Numbered from the stretch's first letter, positions 29,325-39,417 are shown. The stretch is DNA of 55,329 nucleotides from a virus (IMGVR_UViG_3300005077_000053:1-55329), one strand, 5' to 3'. A program made the numbers and translations. The notes: generated from the sequence alone by a model not told the origin.

Positions 29325-31134
29325 ATTTAGAAATTTTTTATCATATGGAAATAAATATCAAGAGTTTATTCCTAAAAAGGGGGTATCATTAATATCTGGG
29401 GTAAATCGTGATAATGATAAATCTAATGGAGTTGGAAAGACTTCATTAATTGAAACAATACCATTTGCATTATTTGGAAAGATTAATAGACCTGGAGTAA
29501 ATTTAGAGAATATTCCTAATTGGAAAAATAAGAATAATTGTGAAGTTCAATTAAAGTTTAGTATTGGAAAGGATAATTATGAAATAATTAGAGGGTTAAA
29601 CCCTACTGTTTTGAAAGTGTTAAAAAATGGATCTGAACCAGAATTATTTTCAGGAAAACGAGATTATCAAAAATGGTTAGAAGATGAAATTTTAAATATA
29701 GATTTTAGAACGTTTATTAATTTGCTCTATTTAAATATGAATAATAATGGATCAATTTTTAATATGAAAAAATGGGAAAAACGAGATTTCATTGGAAGAA
29801 TGTTTAATTTAAAATATTATATAGATATTATAGAAGAATGTAATATATCAATTCAAGCCTCAAATAAAAAATCAATAGAATTAAATTCGTTAAAAACATC
29901 AAATTTAAATTTAATAAGATATAGAAATTCAGAAATTTCAAAATTAGAATCTAAATTATCAAATTTGACTTCGTCAAAAGATCAATTTGATAAAATAAAG
30001 AAAGAATTAAAAAATATTCAAAATGAGTTTAAGAATTTAAAAATTGATGGTAAGTATAAATTTGATGAAATATTATTTAATAGGGAAGATTTAGAAGGTG
30101 AAATTAATAAATTAAAAAATAAAATAAAAGAAGAGAATGAGTTAAAATATAAAGAAGAAATTAATATTACTGCATATAATTCATTAATAGAAGATACTAA
30201 AATTAGATTAGAAAAAATGAAAGGGTCTGATAAATGCCCATTATGTTGGTCTAAAATTAATATTAATCATATTGAAGATGCAATGAATGAAGATAATTTA
30301 GAACGATTTAAATTAATTGAAGAATTTAATATTAAAATAGAAGAATATGAAGATATTATTAAAAATATTAAAGATCAAATAAAAAATATAGAAAATGAAA
30401 TAGAAGTATTAAAAGATGAAGAAAAAAAATATAAAGAGTTTTATGAAGAAAAAAAGAATAAAAAAATTAATATAAGAACGACTGTAATAGAATATAAGCA
30501 TATTAAATATAAAATGAAGACAGAAGATAAAGTTAAAAAAGATATGTTAAAAAATATAACGGAGAATTCAAATGAAATAAAGAAATTAGAAGAAGATAAT
30601 ATTAGAATAGATAAAGAGTTAAAGAGTATTAATATATTATTAGATCATTTAGAGTTTTTGAAAAATATATGTAAAGATGATGAAGTAAAGCAATATGCAA
30701 TATCATCGATAATACCGTTTATTAATAAAAAAATTAATGAGTATTTAGCAGAGTTAGGACAGCCGTTTTATGTAGAATTAAATAAATGGTTAAATGAGGA
30801 GATAAAGGGGCCAGGTATATTTAATGCTGTATATGGTAATTTATCTGCTGGTGAACAAAAATCTTTAGATCTTTCATCTCAGCAAGCATTCTTAGATTTA
30901 GCAAGATTACATTCTCCAATTTTTTCAGACATTTTATTATATGATGAATTATTAGATACATCTTTAGATTCATTAACATTAGAAAAATTATTAACAATTA
31001 TTAGAAATAAACAATCTGAAGATGATTCTAAAGTATTTATTGTTTCTCATAGAGAAGAAATATCAGAAATTGAATTTGATTATAATTATATTATAGAAAA
31101 ACAAAATGGATTTTCCGTTTTGAAAGGAGAATAA
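29299..31134 (+). CDS. gp46: Recombination ATPase, gp46/SbcC/Rad50-like
   Basis: NFLSYGN, NGVGKTS, coiled coil with CPLC zinc hook, LSAGEQK, LLYDE, SH. Confidence 0.92.
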   Translation: MRLVIESIRFRNFLSYGNKYQEFIPKKGVSLISGVNRDNDKSNGVGKTSLIETIPFALFGKINRPGVNLENIPNWKNKNNCEVQLKFSIGKDNYEIIRGLNPTVLKVLKNGSEPELFSGKRDYQKWLEDEILNIDFRTFINLLYLNMNNNGSIFNMKKWEKRDFIGRMFNLKYYIDIIEECNISIQASNKKSIELNSLKTSNLNLIRYRNSEISKLESKLSNLTSSKDQFDKIKKELKNIQNEFKNLKIDGKYKFDEILFNREDLEGEINKLKNKIKEENELKYKEEINITAYNSLIEDTKIRLEKMKGSDKCPLCWSKININHIEDAMNEDNLERFKLIEEFNIKIEEYEDIIKNIKDQIKNIENEIEVLKDEEKKYKEFYEEKKNKKINIRTTVIEYKHIKYKMKTEDKVKKDMLKNITENSNEIKKLEEDNIRIDKELKSINILLDHLEFLKNICKDDEVKQYAISSIIPFINKKINEYLAELGQPFYVELNKWLNEEIKGPGIFNAVYGNLSAGEQKSLDLSSQQAFLDLARLHSPIFSDILLYDELLDTSLDSLTLEKLLTIIRNKQSEDDSKVFIVSHREEISEIEFDYNYIIEKQNGFSVLKGE

Positions 31135-31246
31135 ATGAAAATACCTAAAGAATTTATTATTTGGTATAAATTACAAAAATTAGAAAAGTAAATATATATT
31201 TTTTTATATTATAATATTTTAATATAAATAAAAGGAGAATGTTTAA

Positions 31247-31510
31247 ATGTTATTTGAAAAATTAAGTGAGATCGTAAACACTAAAGATTTTACTAAATTT
31301 ATGTTTAATTCTACAATTGATAAATGTTCTATAAAATTAAAAACGTTATTACCAGAATGTAATATTAAAACTCATTATTTACCTAAAGAAAAAGTTATTG
31401 AATTTTGGATTTTTAATAAAAAATCTACAGGGGTAGTGTTTGAAATTGATCAAAATAATAAGAAGTTTAATATATATAATATTGATACAGATTTTTTAAA
31501 GGAGGAATAA
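31247..31510 (+). CDS. Hypothetical protein preceded by TATAAATA (31223-30)
   Basis: SD aaggag, 87 aa. Confidence 0.55.
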   Translation: MLFEKLSEIVNTKDFTKFMFNSTIDKCSIKLKTLLPECNIKTHYLPKEKVIEFWIFNKKSTGVVFEIDQNNKKFNIYNIDTDFLKEE

Positions 31511-31526
31511 AAGTAATAAAAATTAT

Positions 31527-32597
31527 ATGACAGATTTAAGAAGTTTAGCGGATAAAATAAAAAAAGCAACAAGAGGTATTCATATTAGTACTTTATCAGA
31601 AAGTACTATAGCAAACAGTACAATTAATTTAGAAACCCCAGCGTTAGATTTAAATAGGGTAATTTCAGGTAATTTATTTAGAGGGATACCAGATAAATCT
31701 CTTACTATGATTGTTGGACCTGAACATTCATTTAAAAGTTCATTTCAAATGTTATGTTCTGCAACGGCACAAAAAAAATATGAATATACCCCAATTATTA
31801 TTGATACAGAAGGAGGTATAACATTAGAATTTGCTAAAAGATGGGGTGTTGATACAGATAATGTATTATATGCATATTGCCCAATTATTAGTAAAGTAGA
31901 AATAATGTTAATGGAATTAATTGATAGTGGAGAACAAAATTTTATTATTTCTTTAGACTCATTAGGAGGATTATTTAGAGAAAAAGTCTTTGATGATATG
32001 TCAGCAACTGCTACTGGATTACGTGAAGCTCCTAAACAAGATCAAGGATCTTTACAAAAAGATATAAAGAGAATGTTAAAAACATTCTTATATTTATTAA
32101 AAAGTACAAATTCTATAGGTATAATGTCTGGACATTTTTTTGGTAATCCAAATTCATATGGTGGAGCAGATGAAATCGGGGGTGGTAAATTTGCCAAATT
32201 AGCTCCTGATATTATTATTTCACTCAAAAAACAAAATATGTTAAATGATAATAAAAATATTATAGGAACTAGAATTCGTGCAATCCCATTAAAAAATAGA
32301 TTTTATCCTCCATTTCAAGAATCTATTATCGAAATTGATTATAAAAAAGGTATTGATAAATATGCTGGAATGTTAGATTTAGCTATAGAATCTGGTATAT
32401 TTAAAAAAGGTGGAGCATGGTTTACTCATGTAGAATCAGAACAAAAATTTCAAGGAGAAACAAAAGCTTTAGATTTTATTAGAGAACACCCAGAAATGTT
32501 AGAAAAAATTAATGATTGGGTAAGTAAAACTGGGTATTCTACTATAAATAATAATGTTATGGAAGAATATAAAGAAGATATGGAGGAAGAAGAATAA
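31527..32597 (+). CDS. uvsX: RecA-like recombinase UvsX
   Basis: LNRVISG, GPEHSFKS Walker A, IDTEG, LDSLGGL, KNRF.PF, KGGAWF. Confidence 0.9.
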   Translation: MTDLRSLADKIKKATRGIHISTLSESTIANSTINLETPALDLNRVISGNLFRGIPDKSLTMIVGPEHSFKSSFQMLCSATAQKKYEYTPIIIDTEGGITLEFAKRWGVDTDNVLYAYCPIISKVEIMLMELIDSGEQNFIISLDSLGGLFREKVFDDMSATATGLREAPKQDQGSLQKDIKRMLKTFLYLLKSTNSIGIMSGHFFGNPNSYGGADEIGGGKFAKLAPDIIISLKKQNMLNDNKNIIGTRIRAIPLKNRFYPPFQESIIEIDYKKGIDKYAGMLDLAIESGIFKKGGAWFTHVESEQKFQGETKALDFIREHPEMLEKINDWVSKTGYSTINNNVMEEYKEDMEEEE

Positions 32598-32881
32598 TGG
32601 CAAATGTATTTAAAATTCAATACGAAACAAAAAAAGATAAAGATACATCTTGGAATGCTTTTATTTTAGCGAATTCTTTAGATGAAGCTAAAAATCATTT
32701 ATTAAAAAGAGTAGGTCCATTTAAAATTAATGAAGTTGAAAATATTTGTAGATTAGATGCTATTACAGAAGAAATAAGTAAATTAATCAGTGATAATTAT
32801 AATAAAAGTTCTAAAGATGTAAAAGAAAATAAAAAACCTATTAAAAAAGTAACAAAAGAGGAAGAAAATGCCGAAGTGTGA
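32597..32881 (+). CDS. Hypothetical protein
   Basis: TAATG-coupled ORF. Confidence 0.55.
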   Translation: MANVFKIQYETKKDKDTSWNAFILANSLDEAKNHLLKRVGPFKINEVENICRLDAITEEISKLISDNYNKSSKDVKENKKPIKKVTKEEENAEV

Positions 32882-33185
32882 TTTTGAAATAGAAAGAACA
32901 CAAAATATTAAAGTAGCAGATTTTAATAATATAAAACCTTCTATTAAGTTATCATTCAAAGATATTCCGATCGAACATATGGAAATTGTATATAAAAAAG
33001 CTTCTAAAGTTTTAGATGGAATGATGGCTAATGAAATTTTAAGTATGGGTGAAGAAGCATCTACTATTGATAAAATTGGCTTTAAAAAATATTTTGAAAA
33101 ATTAAAAGAAAATAAAGATAAAATTTCTACTTTTCTAGAAAAAGCATACTCTGATCTAATTAAAGAGGGTTATTTAAATGAATGA
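32868..33185 (+). CDS. Hypothetical protein
   Basis: SD gagg, in operon. Confidence 0.55.
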   Translation: MPKCDFEIERTQNIKVADFNNIKPSIKLSFKDIPIEHMEIVYKKASKVLDGMMANEILSMGEEASTIDKIGFKKYFEKLKENKDKISTFLEKAYSDLIKEGYLNE

Positions 33186-33354
33186 AAATATTTTACATGA
33201 ATTAGCTTTGTTTATAAAGCGTAATATTGAATATTGGAATAAACGATATTTGAATGCTCAAGGTAAAGATGAAGCTGTATTTTGTGAATCATCTAAAGAT
33301 GCATATGAAAATGTATTAAAAAAAATAAATGAATTAAAAACGGAGAACAAATGA
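33178..33354 (+). CDS. Small hypothetical protein (58 aa, absent from the ORF track)
   Basis: MNENILHELALFIKRNIEYWNKRYLNAQGKDEAVFCESSKDAYENVLKKINELKTENK*. Fills the gap and is ATGA-coupled to 33351. Confidence 0.55.
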   Translation: MNENILHELALFIKRNIEYWNKRYLNAQGKDEAVFCESSKDAYENVLKKINELKTENK

Positions 33355-33599
33355 ATCAAAATATTCAAATTAATCTAGATGATTTATCTGATATTAAATG
33401 TAAATGTGGAAGTGAATTATTTATTCAATGTTTTATAATTAAAAAATTATCTCCATTACATCCTGCAGCTGCATTAATGGTACAAACTCAAGGACATAAT
33501 TTAGTTATATCACCAACTTTTATTTGTATGAATTGTGGTGAAAATTTAGAAGTAGATATCCCAAATGGAATTGAAGCATACAAAGAGGGACAATGTTAA
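33351..33599 (+). CDS. Small Zn-ribbon protein
   Basis: CKCG...CMNCG. Confidence 0.6.
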   Translation: MNQNIQINLDDLSDIKCKCGSELFIQCFIIKKLSPLHPAAALMVQTQGHNLVISPTFICMNCGENLEVDIPNGIEAYKEGQC

Positions 33600-34336
33600 A
33601 AATTATAAGTTGTTCTAAAAAATTTGATTTTAATTATCCAGTTGTTATTACTCCATTAAAAACAAATGATAAAATTTCAAAATTAACTAAAAATACTATT
33701 AAAAGAAATGATTTTCCTTTTTTATGGGTATCTTATGAATCTGATAATAATAGACCTACAAATATAGAATTATCATTAAATGAATTATATTCAACATATA
33801 ATCAATATCCTAAATATTTTATTCCAATTGATAATAATATTGAATTAGGTAGACATTTTATAGATAGATTGTATGAAAGTATTATTAAATCTTCTGAAGA
33901 AATTGGATATGTATATGGAAATTTAGAATATAAAGGTGAAGTTTCTCATAAATTTCCAGCTGTTTCTTTTAATCTTGGTAAATTATTAGAATCAAATTAT
34001 ATATCATCTAATAGTATGTTTAAAACAGATTATGTATTAGAAGTAGAATTACCAAAAGATGAAAGTATGAAAAGATTATTAGATTGGGCATTATTAATTA
34101 AATTAGCTAGATACGGATATTATGGATTAAATTGTACTTCTGCTAATCATATTGCTCATACTACTTCTGAAAATATTTCTTCATATGGAGAAGCAGATTA
34201 TAAAAAGAAATATATAGAAGTATATACAAATTTTATTAAACCATTTATTGAAGAATTAAAATTACAACGAGAAATTAATAATAAAAATAAAGGTACTAAT
34301 GCTTTAAATGATAAGGAGAATTTATCATTGATATGA
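33593..34336 (+). CDS. Glycosyltransferase family 2-like protein
   Basis: VVITP, IPIDNNIEL, GYVYG, NYISSNSMF, LLDWALLIKL (GT-A layout). Confidence 0.6.
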   Translation: MLKIISCSKKFDFNYPVVITPLKTNDKISKLTKNTIKRNDFPFLWVSYESDNNRPTNIELSLNELYSTYNQYPKYFIPIDNNIELGRHFIDRLYESIIKSSEEIGYVYGNLEYKGEVSHKFPAVSFNLGKLLESNYISSNSMFKTDYVLEVELPKDESMKRLLDWALLIKLARYGYYGLNCTSANHIAHTTSENISSYGEADYKKKYIEVYTNFIKPFIEELKLQREINNKNKGTNALNDKENLSLI

Positions 34337-34515
34337 CAGAAGAAGAAATTAAAAATAGAATGCGATTAATATTAAATAAAAAAATAAAATCAATAGAAGA
34401 AGGTTTTACTTTAATAGAAAATAAATTGAGTAAACAAGAAAAATCTATATTTGAAATTTGTACTACTTTAGATAGATTATCACATAACATTAAAGTAAAA
34501 AATAAAGAAAATTAA
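34333..34515 (+). CDS. Small hypothetical protein; last + strand gene
   Basis: Stop overlaps the stop of the convergent - strand gene (TTAA at 34512-15). Confidence 0.5.
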   Translation: MTEEEIKNRMRLILNKKIKSIEEGFTLIENKLSKQEKSIFEICTTLDRLSHNIKVKNKEN

Positions 34516-34835
34516 TTTAATATAATTTCTTTTTGTGGTAAAGTAATATTATTTTTACAAAAATCAATAAATTCTGTAATTCCCATCTGATTAATATAAT
34601 CACAATCAGATGGGAATCTTATTAATATATCACCTAAAATTTCTCCAAAAATAAAATTATTCATAATATCTTTAGAGTCTTTTAATTCTTCTAATATATT
34701 TTTATTATAAAATCTTACACCAGATTGTAAATCTAATTGAATTGTATCTAATAAATCTTTAACAGTCGGTTCACCATATAATTCAATGTTCCATTCTTTC
34801 ATATTAATTATTCTTTCTTTTTTTTCTTTTTCCAT
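34512..34835 (-). CDS. Hypothetical protein
   Basis: SD aagga; last gene of the - strand block. Confidence 0.55.
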   Translation of the reverse strand: MEKEKKERIINMKEWNIELYGEPTVKDLLDTIQLDLQSGVRFYNKNILEELKDSKDIMNNFIFGEILGDILIRFPSDCDYINQMGITEFIDFCKNNITLPQKEIILN

Positions 34836-34916
34836 TTTTTCTTCCTTTTAGAAGAAGGTATATTTATTTTTCTGTCAATAAATCTCCGATAGTAGGTGGC
34901 CACTTTTTCTCAGTTT

Positions 34917-35609
34917 TCAATTATTAACCTCTTCTTCAATAAAATTAATTAATTCCTTAACAGAATTTTCTCTATTTTCTCTCTTTTTATTATTTATAAA
35001 AGTTATATCTATATATTGATTCCAATCAGGCCTACTTCTTAAATAAAAATCTAATATATTATTATTTCTACAATCTGCTTTAATTTCTTCAGAATATATT
35101 TTTAACTTCTCTTCATATTTATCAGCACATTTTCTTGCTTTTTTAGATAATATATCAGATCCCAAAAATAACGTAGATTTATTATATTTTTCACATGTAA
35201 AATGATATATAGCAGTAGGATCAGGCAATTTAGACCATTTTATTTGATCACTTTTATTACTTTTACACTCTAATTCTATTATATAATATTTATATGAAAT
35301 TAAGAAATCTGGTGAACAATTATCACTAAATGGTTGATAAATAAAAAATAACTCGTCATACTTATTCAATTGTAAAATTTTACTTAATAAAGCATATTCT
35401 CTAATTGATTTTAAATCCTTTATTGTATTAGAAATCTTATATAAAGGAGAAATTCCTATATCATTAAATACAGTTTTTAAATATTTAACACCTTTAAAAT
35501 TATGATTTTCTAAAACTGATTTTATCGTTTCTTCATGAGCTTGAACACTAAACGTATTAGATACATATTTTAAATCAAATAATTCATCAAAAACATTTTT
35601 TAATATCAT
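34917..35609 (-). CDS. Restriction endonuclease-like PD-(D/E)XK nuclease
   Basis: HE..I..VL, YQPFSDNCSPDFLI...IELECKS. Confidence 0.6.
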   Translation of the reverse strand: MILKNVFDELFDLKYVSNTFSVQAHEETIKSVLENHNFKGVKYLKTVFNDIGISPLYKISNTIKDLKSIREYALLSKILQLNKYDELFFIYQPFSDNCSPDFLISYKYYIIELECKSNKSDQIKWSKLPDPTAIYHFTCEKYNKSTLFLGSDILSKKARKCADKYEEKLKIYSEEIKADCRNNNILDFYLRSRPDWNQYIDITFINNKKRENRENSVKELINFIEEEVNN

Positions 35610-35637
35610 ATTCTCTTATTAATAATATTCATCTCCT

Positions 35638-36534
35638 TTAAAAAAATAATTGAGCATCTTGTAATGATTGAACAGAAAAACCAGCAGCTTTTTTATGACC
35701 ACCCCCACCAAACTCTTTAGCAATTTTAGCACAATCCACTTCATCTTTAATTGACCTTAATGAAAAATTCCAACCATTTTTACCTTTAACAAATGATACC
35801 ATAATATCATCTTTGTCTGAATCATATACACTTTCAAAATCTAATGATGAAATAGAACCTCTATTTAATATAATACAATTATATTCACCTAACCATTTAT
35901 AATATCTAAAACTATATGATTTAGCATAATTTTTACTAGTATTAATATGATACCTCTGAATATCACATCCAATATCAATAATATATTTAATATAACTTAA
36001 ATCTTCATCAATTATATAACCCCATTCTTCTTTTTGAAAATTTAAAATATTTTCTTCATCTAATTCAAAAATTGATCTTATCCCATATTGAAAATTTAAA
36101 ACATTATCAGAATAATGATCCCAAATATCATATCTACCTAATAATTTTACTCCATATGGAATTGTATCACTATAAAAATATTTATAAGTCAATTCACACC
36201 CAGAAAAATCATTATCAAAAACATACTCTAAACTTACTTTAGATCCACATAATTCAACTATTTCTTGAGAATGTTGTAAATAATTTTGATATGCTGATAA
36301 ATGATGATCTATAATTATAATTTTACCTCTAAATTTTTTAATTATATTAAACAAAATATTAATTTTAGGACAAAAATCTAAAAAATATAATGTTGAAATA
36401 TCATTTAATTTTTTTAAATCAAATTCTTCAGAATATGTAACCCCTAAAATATTACAATTAGTTTTTTTATTAATAATTGCAGCAGAACAGGCCCCATCTA
36501 AATCATCTTTATGATAACACGCTAAAATTGACAC
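35638..36534 (-). CDS. DHH/DHHA1 phosphoesterase
   Basis: YH.DDLDG, FLDF, IDHH, FSLRS, GGGGHKKAAGF. Confidence 0.9.
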   Translation of the reverse strand: MSILACYHKDDLDGACSAAIINKKTNCNILGVTYSEEFDLKKLNDISTLYFLDFCPKINILFNIIKKFRGKIIIIDHHLSAYQNYLQHSQEIVELCGSKVSLEYVFDNDFSGCELTYKYFYSDTIPYGVKLLGRYDIWDHYSDNVLNFQYGIRSIFELDEENILNFQKEEWGYIIDEDLSYIKYIIDIGCDIQRYHINTSKNYAKSYSFRYYKWLGEYNCIILNRGSISSLDFESVYDSDKDDIMVSFVKGKNGWNFSLRSIKDEVDCAKIAKEFGGGGHKKAAGFSVQSLQDAQLFF

Positions 36535-36718
36535 ACTTTACTCCTTTATTAATTTTATTTATATATTGAACATCTGATTTTGAAACCCAACAATCACCAA
36601 CCTCAACTAATTCATCATGTTTTTGGAGAGATCGTCCACAATCAGGACATTTTGGGCTAAAATCAGATATATTTATTTGTAATTTTGCACTTTTACAATT
36701 TTCACATATATAAAACAT
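36509..36718 (-). CDS. Small Zn-ribbon protein
   Basis: CENC...CPDCG. Confidence 0.6.
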   Translation of the reverse strand: MFYICENCKSAKLQINISDFSPKCPDCGRSLQKHDELVEVGDCWVSKSDVQYINKINKGVKCVNFSVLS

Positions 36719-36882
36719 TATTTTTTGTTAACCATAAACATTACAAGTATTATACCAATTATTGCTAATATAATACTAATAATCGCAGGAATAACAATAA
36801 TAAACTAAGAAAAAGTGATAACTCCTGCTAATTTTAATACACTTAATAAAATAGAAGAAAACTATAATAATGAATGCAACAT
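36718..36882 (-). pseudogene. Small two-TM membrane protein gene with two in-frame TAG codons
   Basis: MLHSLL*FSSILLSVLKLAGVITFS*FIIVIPAIISIILAIIGIILVMFMVNKK*. SD aaagga intact and TAATG-coupled to the next gene. Confidence 0.65.
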
Positions 36883-36907
36883 ATTTATATATCCTTTGTA
36901 AAAAAAA

Positions 36908-36983
36908 TGGGGAGATTGGAGAGAATCAAACTCTCATATTACGGGTCACAGCCGTAAATTTAAATCATTAAATAACAATCTCC
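36908..36983 (-). tRNA. tRNA-His(GUG), degenerate, with encoded G-1 and CCA
   Basis: 8-bp acceptor GGAGATTG/CAATCTCC plus CCA. Anticodon arm TACGG-CTGTGAC-CCGTA. T arm GAGAG-TTTGATT-CTCTC. D loop lacks GG. Confidence 0.8.
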
Positions 36984-37219
36984 ATAAGATATGTATTTCT
37001 ATATTATTAACCCGGGTTACAAAGGTGTAAACAAAAAAATTTTATAATAAAATTAAATACTTAACATATCATTGAAGGTTATAGATTTGTTTCTAATTTC
37101 TATTGAATATTCTTTATTTTATTGCGGGATGGTCGAATAAATATAAAGCTTTAATATTCTCGTTTTCTAATTTAAATATTTCTTTAAATTTTTCAAAAGT
37201 TAATTCATTTTTATACATT

Positions 37220-38053
37220 TTATAAATACTTCTTTACATTAAATATTTCTTTATTTTGTTCTATATTATTAACTGGAGTTACAATAGAACAATCTCCAGG
37301 ATCATTAGGATTTCCCCAATTATCTCCTATATTATTTAGATAATTTAACCATCTAGATTGATCCCAATTTTTCATATATCTAGCTCGTTGTTTAATCCAA
37401 TTTTCAGTATGGGTTTTATGTTCATGATATAGATGATATACATTACAAGAAAAGTGTGAATTTACGGGGGTAAATCCAAAGGCTGCAAATTTGTGATATG
37501 TAGCAGTATCTTCTCCACCCCAAGTTCCTCTAAAATTTTCACATAATCCTTTATATTGAAAAAATAAATTTCTAGGAAAAAAGGTTATTCCCCCAGCACC
37601 TTTTGGCCCTTTCGGCTTAATACTAGATCTATTTCCTTGTTCTAATGTATATCCTTCTAATCCTTCTTTATTTAAAAATTTTTGAGTAGATATATTACTT
37701 AAATAATATAATATACCAAATCCACTACTATATAAATTACAAGATTGTGCTTCTTGTACCCATTGTTTAGTTACTATTATATCTGAATCCATTAAACATA
37801 TCATATCTCCAGTAGATAAATGTTTAACTGGGACGTTTAAAGCCCATGCTCTGTGAAATACTCCTTCAAATCCAGTGAACATATATTTACAATTTTCAAT
37901 TATTGAAGAATTTTCTAATGTTGGCGTTTCACCCATTTCATGAATACATATTTCAAAATTATTAGTAATTATATTTTTTAAATTTAATAATGTTGCTTCA
38001 AATAATGGATAACGAATTTGGTTGTGCATCCATGGTATTATTATACTAATCAT
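37220..38053 (-). CDS. Glycosyltransferase GT2 with galactosyltransferase (GT7C-like) C-terminal motif
   Basis: ISIIIP, FHRAWALN, MDSD, ENFRGTWGGED, YHLYH. Confidence 0.85.
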   Translation of the reverse strand: MISIIIPWMHNQIRYPLFEATLLNLKNIITNNFEICIHEMGETPTLENSSIIENCKYMFTGFEGVFHRAWALNVPVKHLSTGDMICLMDSDIIVTKQWVQEAQSCNLYSSGFGILYYLSNISTQKFLNKEGLEGYTLEQGNRSSIKPKGPKGAGGITFFPRNLFFQYKGLCENFRGTWGGEDTATYHKFAAFGFTPVNSHFSCNVYHLYHEHKTHTENWIKQRARYMKNWDQSRWLNYLNNIGDNWGNPNDPGDCSIVTPVNNIEQNKEIFNVKKYL

Positions 38054-38713
38054 TTAACCCCTTATAAATGTACATTTATCATTTTCAATATAATTTTTTA
38101 TTGTATAAAATAAAGCATGTTTACCGATATCAATATTATCTTCAGGATTATATTGATTAATATTTTTAATTAAATCTAGAATAAATATTGAAGATTTTTC
38201 AGTTTTAAAAATAATACAATTTGTTAATATCTTTTTATATGTGGTTTTTAAATTAAAGTTTATATTTTCAAAATCTGTACTGCGAGGTTTAATATTATCA
38301 AATATTTGTACATCTTCATCAAAATATAAAAAATCTTCTATTATGTTTCCTTGAAAATCACAATCACAATATATTAATGGAAAATCTATATTAATACTTT
38401 TTAACATATTAAATTTTTCTAATGAAATAATGTTTTTCCATAATTGTTGTTTTGATTTTAATTTTTTTGTATCATAATATTCTTTACTTGATATTAATTT
38501 TTCTAAATTACAATTATATCTACTTGCTAATTCTTCAATACTAATTTTTTCATTATTAATTTCCAAATTAGGATATAATTCATTTAATTCATTAATTTCT
38601 GATTTTCTCATATTTAATGAATTAATTAATACTTTATTAGTATTATTTTTAATTGATTTTAGAAAAGTTTTTAATTTTTCTAGATGTGATGATGTTGCGA
38701 ATGTAACGATCAT
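38054..38713 (-). CDS. GT-A-like protein, divergent paralog of 39857..40753
   Basis: FLKSIK, ELNELYPNLEINNE, YCDCD, GKHALF, KCTF mirror motifs of 39857..40753. Confidence 0.55.
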   Translation of the reverse strand: MIVTFATSSHLEKLKTFLKSIKNNTNKVLINSLNMRKSEINELNELYPNLEINNEKISIEELASRYNCNLEKLISSKEYYDTKKLKSKQQLWKNIISLEKFNMLKSINIDFPLIYCDCDFQGNIIEDFLYFDEDVQIFDNIKPRSTDFENINFNLKTTYKKILTNCIIFKTEKSSIFILDLIKNINQYNPEDNIDIGKHALFYTIKNYIENDKCTFIRG

Positions 38714-38976
38714 TTTTTTTCTCCTTTTACTATATATACTTCAGGAGGAGAACTAGTTATTTTAGGTAATTCAGATTTATTCCTCCATATTAATATTTTT
38801 CCATTTGTTGAATCAAATTTTCCTTCTATTATTATATCTCCGTCATGTGTTTTAGTGTGACAATTCGGGCATAAATAACATAAATTATTAGAGTTATTTT
38901 TACCACCTTTACTTTTAGATTGTATATGATGTCTATGTAATCTTATATTTTCTAACTCACAAATTTCACACTTCAT
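38710..38976 (-). CDS. HNH endonuclease-like protein
   Basis: CEIC...HHI....GG.N...NL..LCPNCH...H. TATAAATA on the - strand at 39009-16. Confidence 0.85.
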   Translation of the reverse strand: MKCEICELENIRLHRHHIQSKSKGGKNNSNNLCYLCPNCHTKTHDGDIIIEGKFDSTNGKILIWRNKSELPKITSSPPEVYIVKGEKK

Positions 38977-39024
38977 TAATAATAAATATTTTACTCCATA
39001 TTTATTACTATTTATATAAAAATC

Positions 39025-39417
39025 CTACATTCTACTAATTAAATAAATTTTTTCTACACTATATTCTGATAATTTTTTCTTTTTAGTATTATTACTAGGA
39101 TCGAATATATCTCCATTTTTCCAATATATTACATGTGTTCCATCTTCTATATATTCAGATTCTACTACAATAACCGCTTCAAAATCATCTAAATCAATTT
39201 GTATATTAATTAAAGGATGATCATCAAATTCTGTTTGAAATTGTATACCAAATCCAAATGTAATATCATGATCTGCTAAAAATATAGCAGCATCTTGATC
39301 TATATAAGGAGGATCACTACCAAACCAATCAAATACATATTGTTCATCTTTTTCTACTATCATTGCTAATACTGCTGCATAACAACTATCGGATCTACTT
39401 TGCTTAATTACTTCCAT
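39025..39417 (-). CDS. Papain-fold (C39-like) peptidase
   Basis: KQ....SCYAAVLAM, HVIYW, IFDP. Confidence 0.65.
   Translation of the reverse strand: MEVIKQSRSDSCYAAVLAMIVEKDEQYVFDWFGSDPPYIDQDAAIFLADHDITFGFGIQFQTEFDDHPLINIQIDLDDFEAVIVVESEYIEDGTHVIYWKNGDIFDPSNNTKKKKLSEYSVEKIYLISRM

Noticed and set aside
31527-32597. Non-canonical Walker A (GPEHSFKS) as a sign of inactive recombinase
   Set aside because: T4-type UvsX proteins normally have F before the Lys in this loop.
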